A DNA stretch of 64,000 nt. Source: Bacilli bacterium (GTDB taxonomy: Bacteria > Bacillota_I > Bacilli_A > RF39 > UBA660). This document shows, in pieces, positions 55,955-64,000 of the stretch. A program made the position numbers and the translations under genes. Location: contig JBJEXX010000111.1 in the NCBI GenBank assembly GCA_051886215.1, positions 2,679 to 66,678 of the forward strand, read 5' to 3'. The stretch's first letter is position 1, and each line of letters opens with the position of its first letter. The notes under the pieces were generated by a model. That model was given only the letters and a program-made list of their open reading frames with translations, ran no database searches and was not told where the DNA came from.

Positions 55955-57607
55955 TTATCTCCTTAATTTTAATTTACGCAAAATATTGTTAATAAATTCT
56001 TTACCAAAAATATTAGCAATGGTATTAGTTTTTAAAGTAACTATGAAATAAACAATCGCACCTACTATAGCGTAGAACAAAATTATAAATATATTCATCA
56101 TTCTAGAAGAAGCTACTTCTGGTATAAATAATCTTAGTATACAAATTACAACACTCATAATAATAGACGCAATAATCATATTAAATAATTCTTTTATAGT
56201 ATCTTCATAACTAACTTTATATTTTTTATTAATAAATAATAACATAATTATAGCTGAAATAGAAAAACCTAAAATAGAACCTGTAATTGCTCCATAAAAC
56301 GCTGGTAAACCCATATTATTAAAAGCGTACATTAATGGAACATTTAAACATAATTTAATTAAAAGACCAGAAATAAGACCAATAAACACCATTTTATACT
56401 CTTTTAAAAGCTGAGTAATAGTAATAGCTAGTGTAAATACAGAAGTAAATAACGCTACAAAAATTGAATAAGCAAAAGTTATTGTTCCATAATAATTATC
56501 ACCATAAAATAACATCCATACTGGTTTTGATAATAAACTAAGACCAACAGTCATTGGTATTGATACATATAACATAGATTGAAAAGCTTTATTTATTCCT
56601 CTTTTTACTCCTTTCATGTCTCCGTTTACAAAATTAGCAGTTAAATGTGGAATTAAAGAAGTAACAATACCTGTTCCTATTGCCGTAACAATATTATTTA
56701 ATTTAGCTCCCCATGTTGATAAAACACCCATAACATTTTCGGCATCATTAACATTAAAACCAATACCATTAACTAAAGTCTTTACTAAAGTAACCATATC
56801 AATAGTATTATAGAAAGGTTTTAAAACATCAATCATAACAAAAGGAAAAGCATACATAAATAACTTTTTGGCAACTTCCTTAGTACTTATTTTAGGCTCT
56901 TCAACTTTAGATTTTGTTTCATTCAATTGCTTTTTATTTTTTCTAACTACACTAAGTATATAAATAAAAGATACTAAAGCTCCAAAAGTTGCCCCAAATA
57001 CCGCAACTCCAACAGTTGTTTTTAATGATAAATTAAACACTTTTAAAGATAAGAAGCTTCCACCAACTATAACAATAACACGTGATACTTGTTCTAATAT
57101 TTGAGAAATAGAAGTAGGTGTAATATATTTATGACCTTGTAAATAACCTCTATAAATACTAGCAACTGGAACTACTAAAATAGCAGTTGAAATAACCCTT
57201 ACTACAAAAGTAATATCTTCAATACTATTACCACCACTTATATCACCAATTATCATTTTGGCAAAAACTGGCGCAAAAGCGAACATAATTACAAAACAGA
57301 ATATACCTAATATTATAGATACTCGTCTACCTATATTAAAAGCTTCCTTCTTAGCTTTATAATAACCTAAAGTATTATATTCGCTAATGATTTTACTCAT
57401 CGCTAAAGGAATACCTGCATAGCCAATTCCTAAAAAAATCATATATATATTATAAGCATAACCATATAAAGAACCAGCTTCATCTCCTATTAAAGCATAA
57501 AAAGGTATAACATATAAAATACCTAAAACTTTAGTTATTACAATACCTAAAGTTGCTATAAAGGCTCCTTGCATAAAACTATTCTTTCTTAACTTCTTAC
57601 TTTTCAT
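55955..57607 (-). CDS. MOP-superfamily flippase (MurJ/YtgP/SpoVB-like)
   Basis: About 14 TM segments. The N-terminus FMQGAFIATLGIVITKVLGILYVIPF is typical of YtgP/SpoVB-type proteins. Start at 57607 after AGAGGT. Confidence 0.7.
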   Translation of the reverse strand: MKSKKLRKNSFMQGAFIATLGIVITKVLGILYVIPFYALIGDEAGSLYGYAYNIYMIFLGIGYAGIPLAMSKIISEYNTLGYYKAKKEAFNIGRRVSIILGIFCFVIMFAFAPVFAKMIIGDISGGNSIEDITFVVRVISTAILVVPVASIYRGYLQGHKYITPTSISQILEQVSRVIVIVGGSFLSLKVFNLSLKTTVGVAVFGATFGALVSFIYILSVVRKNKKQLNETKSKVEEPKISTKEVAKKLFMYAFPFVMIDVLKPFYNTIDMVTLVKTLVNGIGFNVNDAENVMGVLSTWGAKLNNIVTAIGTGIVTSLIPHLTANFVNGDMKGVKRGINKAFQSMLYVSIPMTVGLSLLSKPVWMLFYGDNYYGTITFAYSIFVALFTSVFTLAITITQLLKEYKMVFIGLISGLLIKLCLNVPLMYAFNNMGLPAFYGAITGSILGFSISAIIMLLFINKKYKVSYEDTIKELFNMIIASIIMSVVICILRLFIPEVASSRMMNIFIILFYAIVGAIVYFIVTLKTNTIANIFGKEFINNILRKLKLRR

Positions 57608-57686
57608 ATTGACCTCTTTTCTATAGTCAATATATATTGTAACAAAAAAATGATATTTATTCAATATCACTTAATTTACATATATA

Positions 57687-58553
57687 TTATTTTAATTTCT
57701 TTTTTAATTCTTTTACTTTTTTCTTCTTAGCTTTAATATCCGACATTCTCTTAAGCTTGTATCTACTATCATCCACTTCATTAGATATAGCCCCTGCATA
57801 TTCAAAAGGATCATACTCTGCCCACACTGCTATAATCCATGGAATCAAACTTGCAACGAATCCCATAATACCAGACTTCACAGGATACTTTTTTAAATTA
57901 GAATTAATTTTATTTTTTTCTTCTTCATTTATTTGAACATCAGCTTTAATACTTATTTCATCAGTACCTAAATCAGATTTTAATCTTTCATCTGTTAATT
58001 CAACAACATCTTTATTTTTTACTTCTAAATCATATTTTTTTATAAGTTCAAAATAATCTGTATTAACAGCTTCCTCTACTTCTTCTTGAGAATGAAAGTC
58101 AATACCTTCTGTAGCCTCATAAGTATATCTAACAAGATTACCATCTTCTTCAAACCATCTAGTTTTTACATTTATATTTTCCTTATATAAACTGTTATTT
58201 AATTCTTCTTCATAATTACCTAAGCTATCCATAGATATAATTTTTACTTCATCACCAAGATCAACAGGATCAGCTTCAGTAACTTTATAAATAATAGAAG
58301 AGCCACCAGCCCAAACTCCCGCACTAACAACAAAAGGTAAAAGCATAAGTGAAACATAACCTGTAACTTTTAAATTTCTTATACCTTTAATCTTTCTAAC
58401 TTTTCTCTTATCTCTTTTATATTCTTTTTTTGCTTCTTCATATTCTGTTTTTAGAAAAGGTCTATCATTTTTATAACCAGTTTTATTATAAACTTCCTTC
58501 TCTAAATCTCTTATTTCTTGTTCTAAATTTTCTTTATTCATTTTATTTTTCAT
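57687..58553 (-). CDS. Hypothetical membrane protein
   Basis: Start at the ATG at 58553, 10 nt after GGGGGA. Two hydrophobic segments. No family recognised. Confidence 0.5.
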   Translation of the reverse strand: MKNKMNKENLEQEIRDLEKEVYNKTGYKNDRPFLKTEYEEAKKEYKRDKRKVRKIKGIRNLKVTGYVSLMLLPFVVSAGVWAGGSSIIYKVTEADPVDLGDEVKIISMDSLGNYEEELNNSLYKENINVKTRWFEEDGNLVRYTYEATEGIDFHSQEEVEEAVNTDYFELIKKYDLEVKNKDVVELTDERLKSDLGTDEISIKADVQINEEEKNKINSNLKKYPVKSGIMGFVASLIPWIIAVWAEYDPFEYAGAISNEVDDSRYKLKRMSDIKAKKKKVKELKKKLK

Positions 58554-58584
58554 GTTAAACCAATCCCCCAATAAAAGTAGGAAT

Positions 58585-58613
58585 ATTATAACATATATTA
58601 ACAATTTTTTCAA
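58585..58613 (-). promoter_or_regulatory. Sigma-A-type promoter with extended -10
   Basis: On the minus strand: TTGAAA, 17-nt spacer, TATAAT, with TGT immediately upstream of the -10. Confidence 0.55.
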
Positions 58614-58620
58614 TAAATAA

Positions 58621-58800
58621 TCATTTATTTTTATACATAATTAATGCTGAATAACAATATATTTGTTCTTCAGAAAAAACAGAACAAGATACACTATACT
58701 TTATATCAATAATCTCAATTTCTTCATCTATAAAATCATTTATGTCATTTTCTAAATCTTTTTCATGTCCTTCATCAAATATTTTCACTTTCAAAATCAT
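58621..58800 (-). CDS. Cse60-like sporulation protein
   Basis: 59 aa; MILKVKIFDEGHEKDLENDINDFI...IDIKYSV...EEQIYCYSALIMY follows the Cse60 (YteV) pattern as recalled. Confidence 0.55.
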   Translation of the reverse strand: MILKVKIFDEGHEKDLENDINDFIDEEIEIIDIKYSVSCSVFSEEQIYCYSALIMYKNK

Positions 58801-58840
58801 CACCAAATAAACATTAACAAAAAAAAAGTAAGAATATTGT

Positions 58841-59647
58841 CTATTCTTTACTTATTTTATAAAAGTAATAATTATTATTTTCACTTTTTTTAAAAGTATA
58901 AATATATGTATTTAAAGAAGTTCTATATTGAGAAAAATTCTCTTCTTTAAAATTATCATCAATCTTATTTCTTAAATCAATATCACTATATAGAACATCA
59001 TCACTAATAAATCCTACTTGTTGATATATTCTTAATTCTTTATCAGATTTAACAATTTTAATTATTTCAGGATAAATAATTATTTTTGATATAGAAGTAC
59101 AATTATTATAAAATTCATAATTATCGTTATTAGTATTATAATTTACTTTTAAACATGTATCCGCACTTGTTGATGTTGTATCTTTAGAATATTCTAAACT
59201 TTCTCCAAAGATATCTTTATAAACTTTTTTAAAATCATCAACACTGGTAACAAACCCATTTTCTATTTTAGTATTTGAATCATTATCTTTAAGATTAAAC
59301 CACATAATTTTTAATAAATCATCATTATTAAAATCCGATACTAAAACATCATTGGTTATTTTATAATAAAAAGAATCTAAGTATTCAGGTTTATAATTAT
59401 GTTTATTTATACAATCTTCTCCTACTACTTTTTTATATAAATCTAAAGCAGTCTTATCATTTGTATCTAATTCTTCTTCTAATAATACCGTTTCAATGGT
59501 TTCTTCATTCTTATTTTCAGTTTTTTGAATATTAATATTAATTATTTTCTTTTGAATTAATATTCCACTTATTATTAAAATAAATGATAAAAGCATTAAA
59601 ATAATAGATAAAACTAATATAAATTTGTTACCCTTTTTATCTTTCAT
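58841..59647 (-). CDS. Hypothetical N-terminally anchored protein
   Basis: Single N-terminal TM. No family recognised. Confidence 0.5.
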   Translation of the reverse strand: MKDKKGNKFILVLSIILMLLSFILIISGILIQKKIININIQKTENKNEETIETVLLEEELDTNDKTALDLYKKVVGEDCINKHNYKPEYLDSFYYKITNDVLVSDFNNDDLLKIMWFNLKDNDSNTKIENGFVTSVDDFKKVYKDIFGESLEYSKDTTSTSADTCLKVNYNTNNDNYEFYNNCTSISKIIIYPEIIKIVKSDKELRIYQQVGFISDDVLYSDIDLRNKIDDNFKEENFSQYRTSLNTYIYTFKKSENNNYYFYKISKE

Positions 59648-59717
59648 AAAATCCTCCTATCATAAAAATTCTAACATATTAGAAGATTAAAGTAAATTAA
59701 AATAGGCTTGTATAAGC

Positions 59718-62138
59718 CTATTTTACTACAATATTTACAATTTTATTTTTTATGACAATAACTTTAATTACTTCTTTATCTTGAATATGTTTAATAACAT
59801 TTTCTTCATTCAAAGCTTTAGATTTAATATTTTCTTCATCTTCGTCAACAGATATTGTAATAGTAGATCTTACTTTACCATTTACTTGAACCGCAATTGT
59901 TTTTTCGCTTTCAATTGTTTTAGATTCATCATAAACTGGCCAACTTGATTCACATATAGGAACAAATCCCATCATTTCATTTAATTCTTCTGTAATATGA
60001 GGCGCAACTGGATTTAATAGAGTAAGTAATAATCTATATTCATCTTTAGTAATATATTCACTTTCTTCAAATGTATTAGTTAAAATCATTAAAGTAGATA
60101 TAGCAGTATTATAGCCTTGAGATACAATATCATCTTCTACTTTTTTAATACTTCTATGAATTAATGCTTCATGTGATTTTTGATAACCTTCTTCATCTTT
60201 TACTTTATCTTTTAATCTAATAACTTTATCAATAAATCTTTTACATCCTCTTAAAGATTCTGTACTCCAAGGAGCATCTTGTTTATAATCTCCCATAAAC
60301 ATTTCATATACACGTAATGTATCAGCACCATATTCATTTACAATATCATCCGGATTAATAACATTTCCTTTAGATTTAGACATTTTTTCATTATTAGATC
60401 CTAATACCATTCCATGACTTACTCTAGTCCAAATCATTTCTTTTTTAGGTACTAAGCCAATATTATATAAGAATTGAACCCAAAATCTAGCATATAATAA
60501 ATGTCTTGCAGTATGTTCCATACCACCATTATACCAATCAACTTGTCCCCAATATTTCATTGCATCCATTGAAGCAAATGCTTTATCATTATGTGGATCC
60601 ATAAATCTTAAGAAATACCATGATGAGCCTGCCCAGTTAGGCATCGTATCAGTTTCTCTCTTAGCTGGTTTACCACATTTTGGACAAGTAGTATTAACCC
60701 AATCAGTAATTTTAGCAAGTGGACTTTCACCAGTATCTGTTGGTTCATATTCCGCAACATCAGGAAGAACTAAAGGTAAATCTTCTTCATTCATTGGTTG
60801 CCATCCACAATCTTCACAATAAATCATTGGAATTGGTTCTCCCCAAAATCTTTGGCGTGAGAAAATCCAATCTCTCATCTTATAATTATTAACACGTCTA
60901 CCTATTTCTTTTTCTTCTAACTTTTTAGTAATAGCTTCTTTAGCTTCTTCTACAGTTAAACCCGTAAATTCTTCTGAATTAATTAATTTGCATCCTTTTC
61001 CTAAATAGTCATGTTTTTCAAAAGCTTTTTCACTTACATCAGCACCATCAATAACTTGAATCATTTCAATATTATGTTCTTTAGCATATTCAAAATCTCT
61101 TTGGTCATGGGTAGGAACAGCCATTACCGCTCCAGTACCGTAATCACCTAAAACAAAATCTCCTAAGAATACTGGAACTTCTTTACCATTAACCGGATTA
61201 ATTGCTTTTATTCCTTTCAATATACAGCCTGTCTTACCTTTATTAAGTTCAGTTCTATCCATCGCAGACTTTTTAGCTGTTTCTTTAATATAAGCTTCAG
61301 CTTCTTCTCTATTTTCAACCCTTGGTAATAATTCTTTTATTAATTTTCCATCTGGCGCAATGACAAAGAAGGTTATACCATAAACAGTTTCTATACAAGT
61401 TGTAAAAACAGAAAACTTTCCTCCACCAACTATATCAACATCTAATTCTACACCTTCACTCTTACCAATCCAATTTATTTGTCCAAGTTTAACACGATCT
61501 GCGAAATTAGTATCATCAAGACCTTTTAATAAGTCTTCTGCATAATCACTCATTCTAAGCATCCATTGCGATTTTTCCTTTTGTTCCACTGTGCTTCCAC
61601 ATCTTTCACATACACCACCAGCAGCATCCTCATTAGATAAAACTGACTTACAAGTAGGACACCAATTTACTGGAATAGTATCTTTATAAGCCATACCATG
61701 CTTATAAAATTGTAAAAATTGCCATTGTGTCCATTTATAATAATCTGGATCTGTTGTTGAAAATTCACGATCCCAATCAAATGAGAACCCAAGTGATTTC
61801 ATTTGTCCTTTAAATGTTTTTATGTTTTCTCTTACTGCATCTTTAGGATGAATGTGATTCTTTATAGCGTATTGTTCTGCAGGTGCCCCAAAAGCATCCC
61901 ATCCCATAGGATATAGAACATTATACCCTTGTAATCTTTTCATTCTAGCAAGTGCATCTTGTGCGGTATAACTTCTAACATGGCCTACATGAAGACCACT
62001 TCCAGATGGATAAGGAAACTCTACTAAAATATAATATGGATCTTTAGTATCATTTGTCTTTGCTCTAAAAACACCTTTATCTTCCCAATACTTTTGCCAT
62101 TTACTTTCTATTTCTTTTATTGTTTTTAACTCTTTCAT
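59718..62138 (-). CDS. leuS: Leucine--tRNA ligase
   Basis: IESKWQKYW, FPYPSGSGLHVGH (HIGH region), KMSKSKGN, 806 aa. Confidence 0.98.
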   Translation of the reverse strand: MKELKTIKEIESKWQKYWEDKGVFRAKTNDTKDPYYILVEFPYPSGSGLHVGHVRSYTAQDALARMKRLQGYNVLYPMGWDAFGAPAEQYAIKNHIHPKDAVRENIKTFKGQMKSLGFSFDWDREFSTTDPDYYKWTQWQFLQFYKHGMAYKDTIPVNWCPTCKSVLSNEDAAGGVCERCGSTVEQKEKSQWMLRMSDYAEDLLKGLDDTNFADRVKLGQINWIGKSEGVELDVDIVGGGKFSVFTTCIETVYGITFFVIAPDGKLIKELLPRVENREEAEAYIKETAKKSAMDRTELNKGKTGCILKGIKAINPVNGKEVPVFLGDFVLGDYGTGAVMAVPTHDQRDFEYAKEHNIEMIQVIDGADVSEKAFEKHDYLGKGCKLINSEEFTGLTVEEAKEAITKKLEEKEIGRRVNNYKMRDWIFSRQRFWGEPIPMIYCEDCGWQPMNEEDLPLVLPDVAEYEPTDTGESPLAKITDWVNTTCPKCGKPAKRETDTMPNWAGSSWYFLRFMDPHNDKAFASMDAMKYWGQVDWYNGGMEHTARHLLYARFWVQFLYNIGLVPKKEMIWTRVSHGMVLGSNNEKMSKSKGNVINPDDIVNEYGADTLRVYEMFMGDYKQDAPWSTESLRGCKRFIDKVIRLKDKVKDEEGYQKSHEALIHRSIKKVEDDIVSQGYNTAISTLMILTNTFEESEYITKDEYRLLLTLLNPVAPHITEELNEMMGFVPICESSWPVYDESKTIESEKTIAVQVNGKVRSTITISVDEDEENIKSKALNEENVIKHIQDKEVIKVIVIKNKIVNIVVK

Positions 62139-62484
62139 CTATAACCAATCCTTTCTTAACTAAATAATTTCCAAAAATTGTATAACTAATTAAAATAACA
62201 GGTATCATTAATACTACTGCAACTAAACATTCTATATTCAGTTTATCAATAAAACTTACCCAAAAAAGTATGAGCGCAATATCTAACGCATTAATGAGCG
62301 CAATTGTTTTCATAAAATTATAATAATTTATTTTTTTCATATCTAATTTAAATTTTTGAATTAAAAATTTAACTTCAGTACTAGCCTTATTAGGATCATA
62401 TTTCATCTTTTTTCTAATAACAAATATTGAATAATATAATCTTATTAAAATAAATGCCATTAAAGCTACTAATATATTTTTCAT
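62101..62484 (-). CDS. Small three-TM membrane protein between the Leu T-box and leuS
   Basis: AAAGGAG SD before the ATG at 62484. Three hydrophobic segments. The 3' end overlaps leuS by 38 nt. The longer ORF-track start lies inside the T-box terminator and was rejected. Confidence 0.6.
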   Translation of the reverse strand: MKNILVALMAFILIRLYYSIFVIRKKMKYDPNKASTEVKFLIQKFKLDMKKINYYNFMKTIALINALDIALILFWVSFIDKLNIECLVAVVLMIPVILISYTIFGNYLVKKGLVIDERVKNNKRNRK

Positions 62485-62499
62485 AATACTCCTTTCAAA

Positions 62500-62665
62500 A
62501 GAAAAAAACATTCTTCCATAAGGACGAATGTTTCGCGGTACCACCTTAATTCACAGATAACTGTGCACTTATATTTATAAAGGAATTACCCTTATTGTGT
62601 ATTCTAAAGTCAAGTTCATATATTGTTTTTACTGATTTACACCATCCATCAGCTCTCTATAAAAA
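62500..62665 (-). promoter_or_regulatory. T-box riboswitch leader (Leu)
   Basis: The minus strand has AGAGAG stem I, candidate specifier CTT (plus 62612-62614), the T-box AAGGTGGTACCGCGAAAC, and the terminator AAACATTC-gtccttatggaa-GAATGTTT followed by TTTTT. Confidence 0.85.
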
Positions 62666-62710
62666 ACCAATAAATTACTACTACTTAACACAAATATATT
62701 TAATATTATA

Positions 62711-64000
62711 TTAAATTGTTGTAATATATTCAAGTAATTTTAAGAATAATTTTATATGATTTTGAGAAAGTCCTTTCTTTTTCAACTTTCTTATTGCTAT
62801 TCTTTTCTTTTTAATAGGTAAGTCACCAAACATTATTGAAGATATTTCTTCTTTTAAAATAGTGGCAATTTGCAAATCCAAAAGAATACTATCAATATCT
62901 TCGTTAATAACACGAACTGCATCTATCTCAATATCTTTACCACGACAATTAACACTCAATTGTCCAATTGTTGGAACATGTTTTACTTCTACAATAAAAT
63001 CGTTATCCTCAACATAAGATATGCAATCATGCTCAGTATCTCCAACATGAACATTTACTTTTTCTGCTTCTTTTGTATTTCTAAATCTTAATTTATAATC
63101 TCTATAATCTGGGACGACTCCACTCTTACCATCAATACTTCTTACAATTACCGTAAAATTATTTTTTAAATAATTATATTCTATATCTGTTTTTAAATAA
63201 AAACCTTCTTTATATAAAGCTGTTAACCCATCATCCTCGTATAAAGTATATTTGTTACTACTGCCTGGAAACAATTGAATTTCAAGTTCTGTAGGATTAC
63301 CAATATTATTTTTATTACTTTTATTAGATAATGGTATAATAGCACCACTTTTTGCAAATACAGCATAATCTTCTTCTTTAAAGAAAGAAACATATTTTTT
63401 ATTACCCATAAATTTTTTACCTGTTGTAAAATCATACCAAATACCTTCCGGTATAAAAAACTTATGAATGGTTCTATTCATTACTAAATCTTTCTTTTCA
63501 GTAATCGGCGCAACCATCATCTGAGAACCAAAAAAGTATTGATTTCTATAAACATTATCATCATAAACAAATGGATAATCATAATAAAATGGCCTTATAA
63601 ACAATTTTGCATCATTATAATAATTATAAGCTTCTGTATATAAATATGGTATTAATCTATGACGAAGTTGTAAATATCTTACAACAATACTTTGTGTTTT
63701 TACATCCCATCTCCATGGTTCTCTTTTATAATATTTACCACCATTAACATTAAATCTAAGTATTGGCGAAAAAACACCAAGCTCAACACTTCTTATATAT
63801 AACTCGCTTTCTTCTATACCACCATAATTACCACCAATATCATGACTTATCCAAGCAAGTCCAATATTAGCGCCACTTAAATTATAAAATGGTATTAGTT
63901 TTAAATTATCCCAATTAACTCTAGTCTTCCCCGAATAGATAACTGGATATCTATGAGACGCAACTAATGAATTTCTAGCAAGCATCATATTTCTTTTTGA
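62711..64000 (-). CDS. Glycoside hydrolase family 31 (alpha-glucosidase/xylosidase-like), C-terminal part; 5' end beyond the window
   Basis: The WISHDIGG catalytic-region motif resembles WSHDIGGF of YicI-type GH31. The frame is open to the window edge. Confidence 0.75.
   Translation of the reverse strand, partial: SKRNMMLARNSLVASHRYPVIYSGKTRVNWDNLKLIPFYNLSGANIGLAWISHDIGGNYGGIEESELYIRSVELGVFSPILRFNVNGGKYYKREPWRWDVKTQSIVVRYLQLRHRLIPYLYTEAYNYYNDAKLFIRPFYYDYPFVYDDNVYRNQYFFGSQMMVAPITEKKDLVMNRTIHKFFIPEGIWYDFTTGKKFMGNKKYVSFFKEEDYAVFAKSGAIIPLSNKSNKNNIGNPTELEIQLFPGSSNKYTLYEDDGLTALYKEGFYLKTDIEYNYLKNNFTVIVRSIDGKSGVVPDYRDYKLRFRNTKEAEKVNVHVGDTEHDCISYVEDNDFIVEVKHVPTIGQLSVNCRGKDIEIDAVRVINEDIDSILLDLQIATILKEEISSIMFGDLPIKKKRIAIRKLKKKGLSQNHIKLFLKLLEYITTI

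Noticed and set aside
62485-62544. Longer 147-aa version of the small membrane ORF starting at 62544
   Set aside because: The extra 20 codons run through the T-box terminator and antiterminator sequence. The ATG at 62484 has its own AAAGGAG SD.

Overview
Very AT-rich chromosomal segment from a low-GC Gram-positive endospore former; no species can be assigned from the sequence alone. The core gene order is Bacillus-like: rpoZ; ffh-rny-recA-pgsA-rodZ-like; rnpB-gpsB; recU-ponA; nth-dnaD-cca; hup; der-spoVIF-spoIVA; engB-nrnA-ackA; SASP-thiI-nifS-like; ezrA; rpsD; tyrS (T-box); ytxG/ytxH-like; trmB; three femAB-family genes plus a murJ-like gene; leuS (T-box); and a partial GH31 glycosidase at the right edge. 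Several accessory blocks interrupt this backbone.

The most interesting block is at about 339-8159. A small His/Cys/Pro-rich CotD-like spore-coat gene is split into a 5' part (7926-8159) and a start-less 3' part (339-477). The two parts are separated by a ~7.46-kb element bounded by a direct CTTGT pentamer. The element carries a large serine recombinase, a 52-aa ORF translationally coupled to it, a MerR/ABC module, a Fic protein, an HhH/Fe-S glycosylase-like protein and a Bro-N protein. Precise deletion restores one in-frame ORF of 120 (or 118) aa with its own SD, start, stop and terminator. This is the architecture of skin/SPbeta-type sporulation intervening elements, here in a coat gene and with non-phage cargo.

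Other points worth a second look:
- A ClpX-like ATPase gene is interrupted by a single in-frame TAG.
- A 3.5-kb insert holding two paralogous cytoplasmic LRR genes is flanked by 35-bp direct repeats of the tyrS 3' end.
- A Leu T-box drives a small membrane-protein gene that overlaps leuS.
- An orphan prepilin-like gene is coupled to ezrA.

No CRISPR array, rRNA or tRNA gene was seen. All family assignments are motif recognition by eye; no searches were run.
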